Positions 50,769 to 63,194 of a DNA stretch of 64,000 nt are shown in pieces. This stretch comes from Ruditapes philippinarum (lineage: Eukaryota): NCBI RefSeq assembly GCF_026571515.1, contig NW_026857065.1:62001-126000 (forward strand), given 5' to 3'. Below the pieces are notes generated by a model, which saw only the letters and a list, made by a program, of their open reading frames with translations, was not told where the DNA came from and did not search any database. The position numbers and the translations under genes are program-made. Numbering within the stretch: position 1 is the first letter of the stretch; each line of letters begins with the position of its first letter.

Positions 50769-51607
50769 CTTTTTACTTTAAAAAATACATTCTCCAATAT
50801 GTTGTAGACAATACTGGCATAACAATTAAATTTTAAAGAAGGTTTGTAAAAAATCCAATATTTTTACTGCCGCTTTTATAAAAGCATTGTTTCAGTAGGT
50901 TCACATCTCAATTTTATAAATGTAAAATAGCAACAACAGCATCAATACATAAAGCATCCTATTTACAATAAACAAGGGTTATTCGAGATATCACACGCAC
51001 ATATTTCAAATTAATGGAATTGCTCATTGATAGAGCTTCCATGAATGCATAACAAAATGAGTGCTTAATCTTTTTACATATATGTCAGATAATAACTCTT
51101 TGTACTTTGAATTTATATGAAATGTCATTCGAATAAACTCAAATCCAAATATTTCTGCTAAAAAAGTTGTGTATGGAAAAAAAACATGCTACACATGTAT
51201 GGAGATAAGAAAACATGTACAAGTGTATTAAAGCTGTGGTTGAACATGACGTAATAGACAAATAATATGTAATCATCGTCTGAGTTGGTTAAAAATAAAG
51301 AAATAAGTTTTCGTCCAATTTGAATTTTTTTCTCTTTTTTCTATTGAAATGCAAAGCTGAAAGTTCTCTTTAAAGTTTAATCAAACCAATAATACATTGG
51401 CGCAAACAAAATTTAATAAGAAAATATTACATCTCTCATGAATTTTACTGCAGATTTTAAAGTAATTTTTTTATTTAATTTAATTTTTAGCGATGTTGTT
51501 TTTATTTCTAATTTGTAGTTATCCTTCTGATGTTATGTTTTTAATGTTGCTTGACTTGCCCCCTTGTCCTGATATAAACACAATCTCGAAGACTCGTAGA
51601 GGTGTAC

Positions 51608-54500
51608 CTATGATTGAGCCCAGATGCCGATTATAACGGAAGCAATAGTAACATTGAGAGATGTTATTGAAAACGCAAGTAACCAAAAGAATAAATTATC
51701 AGCAACATTAGCAACTTCACGTCCGGTGATATCATGTTGAAACTTATTTTCAAGTCCGCTGATATCATGTTGAAACTTTTTTTTAGAAATGTTTGGATTT
51801 TTTTTCAATACCATCCTTGACACTTTGTACCTCTCCGTTTTCATTAGATTCCATTGTCTGCGCCGTTTCATTTCCAGACTCAATTTTATTAAACATACAT
51901 GTTTTATTTTGCCTCCTTTTCACAATCATGTTTAAAATTAGACTTGGGACTTTTCTTTGATCAATTGCTTGTATACTTGCCAAGTTAACAATAAATATAC
52001 TCCACGCCACCCCGATTGTATTGATTAGATTTATAATAAGTACTTCATATGACATACATGGCATACGCAATGAATTATTTGGTATCTTCTCAATTGCTGC
52101 AGTTGCAGAAAATACTAATGATAAATATAATGTTATTGCAAATGACAGTCTTTCCCCCGAATCTGGTCTAACGTAACATGTCGCCATATTAAGAAATGTC
52201 ATAAGCGTTAAAGGCATATATATGTTAATGGTTATGAACGCGGGTCTTCTTTTCAAAGTCAATGATATACGAAGCATTGGAACAGAAACCTTTCAAATTC
52301 TTTTTTCTTGAATTAGAGAATTCGCTGTATTTAAACTTTTAATCACCCATTCGTCATTGTCCTCAAGTTCATCAATGTTACTTGATGGCGAATTAATTAT
52401 CAATTCATTTGCGCCATAATTAGACACTATGATATTAATATTACAATGATGAATATCAAATGGATAAAGCGTTGTATCAACGTCGCATCTTGTGTCGTAC
52501 GTACCTCCCAAAACCATTATAACATCTCCATTGTACTCAACCCAAGCAGGAAATACGCCATTACTGTTAAATGAAAACGCATCGTTGCGGCGTCCATTCA
52601 TCAATTCAAATTCCGGTTTCCAGAATTTACCTTTGGGTAATTGAATACTCTCTTTTCCGCCATATCGAGAGGGGTCCCATGTTAGATATTCATCTTTCCA
52701 GCTGATTTCAAAGAAGGCGGATATAAGCGCCTCCCCTGTTGTGATGTCAAAATATTCAACACTTTTTAAATACTTGGTACAATTAACCTGGAAATAGAAT
52801 TGAAACTGTTGTTGAATGATTTCATCAAAATCTAAATTTCTTTCATTAATACCATTACCATTAAAGGGATACTCAGGCAAAATAATGGCAAAAATATAAA
52901 AATGATTTTCTGTACTCAAATCACCCTAAAATGACATTTATTAAAGTCCCAAAATGAATTTCTGTATAAATTCTATATATTTTGGGTTTGAAGTTTAAAT
53001 ATATCTATATATGTTGAACGAAATGAATAAGTAATTTTGAAATATTGAATATATGTCCAACAAGGGGTAGCCATGTCAACGTTTCATACCACGGCAGTTT
53101 CTAGTTATCAATAATCACAGTTAAGACAGCATTTAGGCACCGAACATGAAAGGTTTAAACTTTACTTTGAAAGAGAAAATGTGAACGGCTGAGATCACAG
53201 CAAAAACTATAGACAACAAATAGACGAAGGCGTATGGGAGGACGCGGTCAAGACATGATCGGTAGATAAATGAGTATGGAAGGATGAAGTCAGTAGTAAA
53301 ATGCCGTTTGTCATTTTCAGTTTGATTTACTTCATTTAACATCTAAAGAAATAGGAGTTCATATTTCAAAAGGTGATTTTTTTGTATATGCATCTGGTAT
53401 AACACTGATATTTCTTAGGAAATTGTGGTTATTTTGACAGTTGGCATAACCATTGAAACTGTCCGTTTACAAATATTGTTAAAAGTCAACATATATTTTT
53501 CTTTAAATTTACCATAAATGTTACTTGATATATCAAAAATGTAGAATATTCAATGAAAAAAATGTTTCGATATTTTTTAATTATTTACAGAATTCATGTT
53601 TTTTGTTCTCATTTTTCGTTCCGTTAAAAAGCGTGAAAAACACATTTTCAAAAGAAATATAAAAAGATTATCGTTTGTTCATACAGAATTATTGTGTTTT
53701 ATTTGTATAAAATTGTGCTTGTTGTGCTATCTAACAGCGTGGCTACTTTTGTGATATTTACTGTTACACTGGAAACTGCCATTTTAGAAAAAAAATCCAA
53801 CTCGTCAACATATAGTTTTATTTTTATTTTTGAATTCATCATTAATTTAATTATAAAATGTTTTTTAAAATTGTATGAAAGTATTTTTTCGATATTTATA
53901 AATATTTTCAGAATTCATGTTTATTTTTGTCACTTTTGTTCAGTTAAGAATCTTGAAAAAACTCATATTTGAAAGAAATATATTCAGATTATTATTTGTT
54001 GCATACAGAATCATAAGATAAAGTTATCTTTGTGTAAAATTGTGCTTGCCGTATGTATTAAGCTGTCATATACATGTTTTATTTTCTAAATTACAGTTTC
54101 GCTATTTTGAGAGTTTTGATATACAAGTATACGGTTACCATGGAAGCTGCCATTTTACAAAAATTCAACATGTCGACATATGTTCGTCTTTTATTTTGGA
54201 ATTCACAATTGAATTTTACTAATCATATAAAAAATTTAGAAAATTCTATGAAAGGATTATTCTTTCCTAAAACTGTAGAAAATGTTTTAATCAATGTAAA
54301 ATAATGCTAATAAATAATTAAAAAGTACAATAATATCATACCTGTATTTTATTTGACTGGTTTTGTAATGGTCGCAAGATTTTGTTGTATTTTGTTTCAT
54401 TGAATAGATGTCCAACTAAATCATTCATTTCCTCGTACGTTTGTCCAAGCATAATCGCTAAATTACAAGTAATTAACATACAAACATATACCATTAACAT
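51608..54500 (-). pseudogene. nAChR-like subtype D copy 2; exon 1 54500..54342, exon 2 52787..51608; in-frame TGA at 52295-52293 and a frameshift at ~51805-51777
   Basis: Exon 1 MLMVYVCMLITCNLAIMLGQTYEEMNDLVGHLFNETKYNKILRPLQNQSNKIQ; Cys-loop CDVDTTLYPFDIHHC; ORFs 52293..52919 and 51783..52277 are in the same frame (..QEKRI*KVSVPMLR..); M4 lies in ORF 51608..51883 after A-homopolymer runs. Confidence 0.82.
53425..54290 (+). repeat. Imperfect ~330-bp tandem repeat (3 units) in the D intron
   Basis: Units with g(c/t)ta(t/c)tttt..gaa(a/g)ctg(t/c)c(g/a)ttt motifs at ~53425, ~53738, ~54100; the D1 intron holds two such units (~721, ~1075). Confidence 0.6.
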
Positions 54501-54981
54501 CCTGTTGTGATGTTTTATTTAAATATTTATATACAGTTTAAGTTAAAAACTTGCCGAAATTTTACACCATTACAATTATTTCTTTTCAGCGCTTTATATG
54601 ATACACTTTTTTCTCTCCCACCTGTTGAGATCAAAATGCTTAAATGTTGCTGATGGAAGTTTACAACAAAATAAAGAAAGAACTGTTCTGTTGAATAGGA
54701 ACATTAATTACTCAGCATAGTAATGCATGATCTGATATGGCAAGGGTTATTGATATTTGCGTGGTTGTAAAACAATAAGACCTATAATATACTACTTCAG
54801 CAAAATGTTTATTGATTGAGTTCTTTATTGACCAGGAAGGAATCAGTAACAACTTAGAAGGCAGGTTTATTACCAGAGTAATGGCACAAACCAGTACTAA
54901 TTCTGTAAACATACAAAAACATTGCGATATATATGCGAAACAGCAATTTTCAGGAAGAGTAAAATACTGAATTTCTGTTTA

Positions 54982-55247
54982 CGAGGTATAGTCTAAAATT
55001 TCTGGCGCCAGTATTTTGAGACTTTCATGAAAGAGTATTATTCACTTTAAGAAAAGTCAAATTATTTCTGAAATGCTCCGTACACGGGTTGCCGGCGTGT
55101 TTCATGTGATAAATAATATCCAAATATTTTCTAAATTGATTTTTTTCATACATGTTGCTACTCAAATTACTTAAAAATACCTTCATGGAAAATTTCATGA
55201 CAATCTTTTTAAACAGACCAGTCCGGGAACTTTTTGACTATACCTCG
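54982..55247. mobile_element. mariner-type MITE (266 bp)
   Basis: TA|CGAGGTATAGTC ... GACTATACCTCG|TA; empty site in the paralogous region at ~2699. Confidence 0.88.
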
Positions 55248-57145
55248 TAGTAATCATTTTTTATTGCCATTTTCACAAAAATTATTTTACGACTTTTCGA
55301 AGCACAGAAACAAAAATGTTATCTACAATTCGTAACTAGAAAAATATCAGATTCGACATTTTCTCTAAAAGAAAGTCTTCAAACGGAAATATATTGTTCC
55401 ATAAGTGGTTTTTGAACATTTTTACTTTTTTTGGCATGATGATCATGAAATATAAAAAAATCCCCTTTTTTACAGAGTATAATAAACCAAACTCTAAACT
55501 GCAAACACTAACAGCATATTAGGCAAAATTATATCAATAGAACTTTTTCTATTTTTCTATCTGTTTCCTATTTTAAGTCGAAAATAGTAAACATTTCATT
55601 GCACAAATTTATTATTTAATAGCAGTTTCCGTTGCACATAGATTCCCTCGGCAACTTTTTTAGCGATACGCATTTAATCTGCAACTGTTACATGCAAACA
55701 ATGTTGACATTAAACATGTCTTTAATATAACTTTAGGTCATCCACGTCAAGTTATTCCCTTAGTGCTTAAACTTAACTTTTATTTTAGTGTATGTGTATA
55801 TGACATACAATTTATAAACATTGTACAAAGACTTTTCCTTTAAACAATAGTGTCAAAAATAAGTTTCATTAAGAATTTTTATTGCATTGAAAATTCTACA
55901 TTACTTAAGCAATGCAGCAGGTTATCATAGAATGAATGACAGCCACCCATGATTACTGATGTCTGTGGTGGCAAATGCTGAAACTGACCTTTTCATAGTC
56001 AAAAATAAAATTGAACACAATGATGGCAATTTGCCAACTCAATTATATTTTATACGTTTTCACTGGCAATTAAACACTTTACACTTAATTTTTATAGTAA
56101 CTGGTTGCCATACAGGCAAGCAAGTATTGGCAGGACCTGGTTTTCGAGGCTCACTCATTTTTTATATATACCCATATTAAACACAATCTATACATAATGA
56201 TTTAATCGTTTGCATGATTAAGTTTTTTAAGCGCCCGTATTCACTGTCCCTGACCTAACGCCTATGCGGTGTAACTTTCAAAGAGAGTATAATAAGCGTA
56301 TTTAATAGGACATGTTGTCACCTGAATGTTATCAACATACAATTTTGGCACATTTTTATCGGCTGATTATTTTATGCTTTTCAAGATTTTTTGTTCATTG
56401 TAATTTTGCGTTCACACGCAAATCATAATACAACGTTTGCCAACGTAACATTAATATTGCGATAACCACATCTACATTTGTTCATAATTATAACCTTGTG
56501 TGTTGCAAAGTCGAAAATTGTGTAGTTATGACATGTTAATTTCATCTGGCAATAGATTCAACTAACATTAAGTTAATGGCAAATCAAAACTTTGTAAAAC
56601 AACACTAAGAACTTTAATGATGTTCTCTCTTTCTGTGTCCTATTCTTGCCTCATCTTTCCAAGTGCGTGCCCCATCTTTACGCTGTATTTGTTCGGCATA
56701 TTCTGTATACTATTATCCTTTTCGGCCTATAATAATCTAGGTTGAGTTTATCTAAAAAATTTGGGAACTGTGCTGTTTTCAGTGATTGTTTTTATTCTTC
56801 CTCCATCTTCAGTTTATGTTCAGCATGTAAATCCACCAAGGTGACAAATTATAGTTTATGGTACTGTTTATTAAGTACGAATAAAATATAATGGAAAATA
56901 TTGTCAAACCGCTGAGTAAATTCCGGGGGTGTGATATATCATGATTGAAATGTTAAAGTCTTTAACTGCAAAGCTACTAATACTGAATAAATGAATAAAC
57001 AACGAAAGCACACTATTCAACACATTATTCTATTTGGATAAGATTTATAAAACAGGTTAACACTATTTAAAATGACGGAGAAAGATTTTCTTTTCGAACA
57101 GTCCAAAATGATATTTAAAACAGAGTTCGTATTTGTATTATATTG

Positions 57146-57905
57146 TATTAGCGAGCTCGACGAGCTGGCCCAGAGGGCCTGCTCGCAAAGCGAGCGTTGC
57201 GGTAACGCTAGTACCTGTTAAGTGATGGTTTTGAAGTACCGAATTGGACACATCGCAACCTTTCGAATTTAAAGATAACGGTAAACACTGAAGAATTCTG
57301 ACTGAAAATGGGTGTGTAGACTGGTCACCCGCGCACGTCTATGAGAACCATAATTGGACAGTGAATCAGAATAACGGAAGCTGTGTATAAAATATCGAAT
57401 GATAAAATGAAAATTGAAAGCGCCATTTTGTTTGAAAAATCTGATAAAGAAAAACAATTTTTTTGTCGAATTTTGTTGTGAAAACTATCTAGAATGAAAG
57501 AAAATGGTCTAACTAAGAATATCCTTTATTCAGTCGTTAACGCTGTACAGACATTTAAAGTTTTGTTTATGTGACGTCACAATGTAGCGTCAAACAGCAC
57601 GTGCAAAACAAACAAATCAAGTACGCTATTTTAATGTCGCAAACGTTTTAAGTTTTACATTTATTTCACTTTTAATAATCTTTATTTCGCTTGAATAATT
57701 ATAGAGTGAAATAAAATAAACGAAGTTTTATCAACGTTTTCAAAACTCGTTAATCATTTAACGACATGGGCGGAGCAATATTAAACACAGTACGTGAAAC
57801 GTCACACGCACTCGTCACTGCATTTGAAATAAAAGTGAGCGATTATTTCATACTATTTCACGTTAAAAGTACATCGAGCTCGCTTTGAGGCTTTGCCTTT
57901 TCATA
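57146..57905 (+). mobile_element. Helentron-associated (HINE-like) non-autonomous element
   Basis: Subterminal IRs AGCGAGCTCGA (~57150) / TCGAGCTCGCT (~57875), 5' hairpins, 3' stem-loop AGGCTTTGCCT; absent from paralogous region ~5705-5725. Confidence 0.7.
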
Positions 57906-59650
57906 TAATATATATTTAAAAGCTTTCAAATTGTTTAAGGTTCATCAATATAAAAAAAACATATATTTCAACTAATTCTCCTTCTAATGTGCTTCGTCCT
58001 TCGAGAGACTTTATATCAATAATAAAATCAAGTCGCTCTAAAACCGATGCTAAGTGATTATGGCTGTAGTACATTTAGTAATACATTAAGCACTATTGTT
58101 CATTAACAGATCTAATGAAACTATATCAGAAATGTTTACTTATTACTTAATTTTCACTGTAACTGATGAATCTCCGTATCTCAGAATTGATGTTATAAAA
58201 TGTTCTTTATTTGTATTTGATTTATCATATTGTTAGGTATTCAAGATTAAACATTCGATAATTATGGCTTTGCTTCTTGCTAATTCAATCAAACCTCTTA
58301 AATCAGAATTTAATGGTTCTGGTATTTCCTTTGTGAATATACAAAAAGCAATTCTCAAGAGTACTTTATTCTAGCAATTAACAACTGGCATGGAATGAGT
58401 TATAAATTGATATAAATATAGAACTATATAGAATAAACGCATGTGCTTGTAAAACAGATCAATGTACTTATTGACCAAGCGCAATTAAAAACTGCAACAA
58501 CCAACCTGTGTAAAATATATTTGATTTTACTTTAAACAAGATTATTGTATGTAATTAAGAAATTTAACAATTAAGAATTTATAAGCTATCAATTGAACAG
58601 AAAATAAAAACGGAATGTAATTGTTACATCAGATACTTCACAAAATTAACCACATAGAGATATTTGCCCTATACTCATCAGAAATGTAATCACGTAAACT
58701 AAAGATACTACCTACCTACCACTCTCATGTTAGTTTAATTAAAGACAAGTCAATATATTCTTGAAGCAGGTCAACACATTATTTCAGAAAATTTAAATTG
58801 TTTTTCATAAAAAAGAAGCTATTTATTTATCCATTTCATGGTGACGAATTATTTTATAGTTAAAATGTGGAAACAACTCCTCATTCAAAAACAACATATA
58901 CGATATATGGTTGGTTTTTTTTTTAAATTACTTTTTACTCGTATTTGTTAGCACTGAAAGAAAAAGCATGTCCGTACCAAACGACATATTAGATTACAGA
59001 CAATATTTACTTACATTTGATTGTACTTAAAGAAATTTCTTTGAGAAAAGAAGCCGGGGATCTCTTTTTAGATAAATATAAAAATGGGTTTAAAAAAACT
59101 AATTTTCCCACAGAACTTTATTTAGACGATGAACAATTTTATTCCTTTTATTTATATTTTAAAATTGTTATGCCGGTGCCTTTATGTGTAAAACATTGTC
59201 TTAACATGTTAAAAAAAGAGACAACACAGTCTTGTGTCACTCAGGAATAATTTCGTAGAACATATGCACTTCGGAAATTATCGCGTTATATAGACAGTTC
59301 TATCAGCCAATTTTAACAACATAAATGACTTTCTTTACTTCTATGGAATATAAAACAAGGCAATATCAGTAGCTTGCAAATAAAGCTACAACTACCATTT
59401 TATATTGACTCATAATTATTTGAGTGGTGAAACAGGTACAACGGATATTACTACAATCAATAGTTAACTCTGGGTTGTTCGTCACCAGTATGTAATACAG
59501 ATGAAATTAGTTCTAGAGAATGGTCTGCATAAACATGTCATTGGATGTAATTTATAAGCGGTTATGAGTTGTGAAAATCAACTTAATTAAGGGTTGTTTT
59601 TTATTTCTAAGCAGTAGACGGAGCAATCCTAGAGTTTGACTTATCACTGC

Positions 59651-61885
59651 ATGTTAACTATGGATAAAATAACATTGTTAATGGTAATATTAAAAGCTCT
59701 TGAGACATCGCTTGGACAAACATACACTGAAATGGACTCTTTACTAGGACATCTTTTCAATGAGACAAGATATAACAAATATCTGAGACCTTTAGAAAAC
59801 CAAAGTCACGTAATTCAGGTAATTATATTGTATATTGTGTGCTACTATTTTTTTCTCATTACTTTTTTATTTCCCTCTATGCAACATGAACTTATTTTTA
59901 ATAATGTCTTCGAAAGTGCGACGCTAGTAATTTGTCTAGGTCTTAATCGTCATAGTCTTTGACCTGTTCTTAATTATTTATAAAAATTCAGTTGACGGCT
60001 TTGTCTATACTTGTAACAAATCTATAAAAAAGCTTAATTTAAGGTGTACAAATTATTTCCATTAAGTTGTAAACACATAAAATCGAAACATTAAAACATC
60101 ATTATAAAATATATACAATTATCAGAATGATACTCGAAAAACAAAACAAAGTCATCTGGTTATCTGAAACTCTGCAAATATGGGTTTTTCCAGGCTATTC
60201 CCCCGAAAAAATCATTTACCATGATAGCTTTACGGTACACTACCGATCACAATAGATAAGCTGTAACTGTAAAAAAATTTGTAATAATTTTACCCCCGGC
60301 TTTGCTGGAAAAAATATATTCTTAAGTCCTGAGTAAGTTTATTGTATATAGGTATTTTATTGTTTGTTACATTTTTCCAATTTTAAATAATTTTCCGTCC
60401 GAGTGTAATTGCGATATATATGCAAAAACAAATGTCCAAATTCGTTAATTCGTTACAATTTTTCTCTTGATTTTACCCAGTCGGCCACTAATAGTTCAAG
60501 TACAAATACAACAGTACATTCATAATTCCAATCGTTTAATTCTATAGACATACAAATACAAATATATGAGAAAAATCTATAAATCCGAGAGCAAAATTTA
60601 AATATATGTTTAAGAATGCAAATGCAGGGTTGTAAGTTAAGTTTGTATGTTTAACATTACTAATATCTTAGATATGTGTATATTGTATGTATCGTCAGCT
60701 ACTGAATTACAAATTCTCACAATTTTTTTTCCATGACCTTTTGTAGGTAAACTTTACACAGTATGTAAAAAGCATTGAAAATCTTGACATCTCGTCAGGT
60801 GAGCTTCTAATAACTGGATATTTCGAAATAAAATGGACTGATGAAATGTTGACTTGGGACCCTGCTCTTTTTGGAGGTAGAGAAAAAATACAGTTGCCCA
60901 AAGATAAGTATTGGAAACCAGAGATTTCCTTAACAGACGGACCGGCAAATGAGGACACTTCAATTTATGGGAGCGGATTCTATCCCGCATGGGCCACTTA
61001 CCAAGGGATAGTAATGATCATTGCAGCAGGCAGTTACAAGACGAAATGTATTGTTGACACAACATTTTATCCTTATGATATGCACTCGTGTTATTTTCAG
61101 TTCATCGTGTCAAATCATGACTCTACAGAACTTGTGATATCTTCTCCTTCACCCGATATTCATTTTAGTGATTTCAAAGAAAATGGTGAATGGGAAGTTA
61201 AGAGTACAGATACAAATGTAATGCTGGTAAAAGAGAAAAACATAGACAATGTGGCTATACCAATGTATCAGTCATCGTTTTTGTTACAAAGAAGGTCTAC
61301 ATTTGAATTGATAAATTCACTTACACCTATCATATTTATGTTATTTCTAAATATTGCAACTTGTTTTGTTCGCCCTGAATCCGGTGAAAGGACAACGTTT
61401 GCAATAACGCTATATTTAGCATTAGTTTTTGCAGCAACATCATTAACAGAGACAATACCTAGAAATTCATTAAAAATGCCGATGATTTCGTATCAACTGC
61501 TTACGGTTAATATCATCAACACGGTTGGCGTTTTATGGAGCATATTCATTGTTAATTGTGCGAGTAAATCTGCGGCTGCTAGATATCTGCCAACTTTCTA
61601 CTAAGAATGATTATGAAACGGAGAAAGAAAAGTAAAAATAATTCTACAATGATTCCTGTAGAAGAATCAGCTGTTTCGATATTGCCTGTTGAGGGTACGG
61701 ATATTAGTGATGGTGACACCACTCCTCAAAAGGAAGGAGTATGTAATGAACTACAATCTGCTAACATAACTGGGCAAGATGTGGCTGAAGTTCTTGATAC
61801 AATTTACCTTTGGATGATCATTATTTGTATTATTTTAGCAAATGTCATATACAGTGCATTTTTGTACAAAAGTTGGTTCAGTTAG
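59651..61885 (+). pseudogene. nAChR-like subtype A copy 3; exon 1 59651..59818, exon 2 60747..61885; 1-bp deletion at ~61592 after M3 (pseudogene or assembly error)
   Basis: Highly similar to A1; CCAAACTTT (A2) vs CCAACTTT here gives a stop at 61604; the remainder including M4 is ORF 61607..61885. Confidence 0.8.
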
Positions 61886-63194
61886 ATGCATCAGGGAGTA
61901 GTGTTCTTATCGTAAGAAACACGCTCTCTTAGCCAAGTGAGTCGACTGGTCGTTTATCTCTCATCGCTTTTTCATTGGAAGTCGGTAACTTGCGGAAAAT
62001 TGGTCATTGGATGCTGATAATCCAGGAGAGCCGGTTAGGGGTATATGTCAAAAATTATGTTGAAATCGGCTTTAATAAAACATTGTAAAACAGAGTCAAA
62101 AACTGTTCATGTCTATAGTAAAACATATATTACATAAATTATAGAAAAACAATCAAACACGCAACAACAAAAACAACACAAATGTATCTATATAATAACA
62201 AATATCCTACTGATAGATTATTCTATTTTAAACAATTTTATAAATTCAATTTCATAAAATGCTAGCATCATTAATAATTTTACTCAAACCATTGATTATT
62301 GTTTACTGATTTTCCAGACATATAGTTAATAAAACTTTGTTTTGCCAACACGATTAAATGATATCATTTGAGATGTTTCGTTTAAATCGAAAATATTTGT
62401 GGCAAATTTGACACAAAGCGTTTATATTTAACAGTCAATTATCACAGAAACGCTTGGAATTTTAAAGGGAATCCACAGAAGTCTTTCGATATCACGAAAC
62501 AGGATTTTTTTCGTACCATTTGATGTACGTCTGAACAAATTACTTTTGCGCAAACTTAAAGATCACTAGCTTGGTTCTTTTATTCCAGAATAATTATACC
62601 CAAAAGATGAAAAGCGTTTCGACGCTGTTGCTCAAATCAGGCTAAGAATGGCGTAAAAATATGCTTTCAATCTAATTATATATAATTTGCATATCATCTT
62701 CTTTTGTAATTGAGCTACGTAAGAATTATGTTTTTGGACCTCAGTATAGTTCCTTGATATTGTCTTCTTTTTAAAAAGCTTATAAATGGGACGATGGTCT
62801 TTATTTTGATAATGTTATTTGATTTTTTGTAATGAGTATTCCTATCCTCATATTCCCTTCGCATCAATATTGAATACATACAAAAATGTTTTCTTTGCTA
62901 TAAAACCCCAATGATTAAACGACTTCGATGTTTGGGCTATATTAATAATAATTGTCTTTTGAAACGATAATTTTCAGATGCCGTTTTTGTGTTGTTTTTT
63001 TTAATATTCAATGCTATATTTTGAATAAATATTGCAATGAAACTTTTATCGGTTCATAACAATTGAGGGTCTTACGAAAAAAAATAGCATCAGCTCTGAA
63101 AATCAGTCACAATATTTCCATTTAACCAAATTCAGGTGGTGATACCACCTGACATTAATGATTCTAAACAAGCACGTTTTGTCCGAATGAGGTA

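Larger units (their letters stand above)
52657..63194 (+). repeat. Segmental duplication (D-A unit), paralogous to ~1-11075; the A part also matches ~39760-44035
   Basis: 52657 onward matches position 1 onward (ccgccatatcga..); intergenic and intronic DNA is collinear apart from TE insertions and a few indels. Confidence 0.92.
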
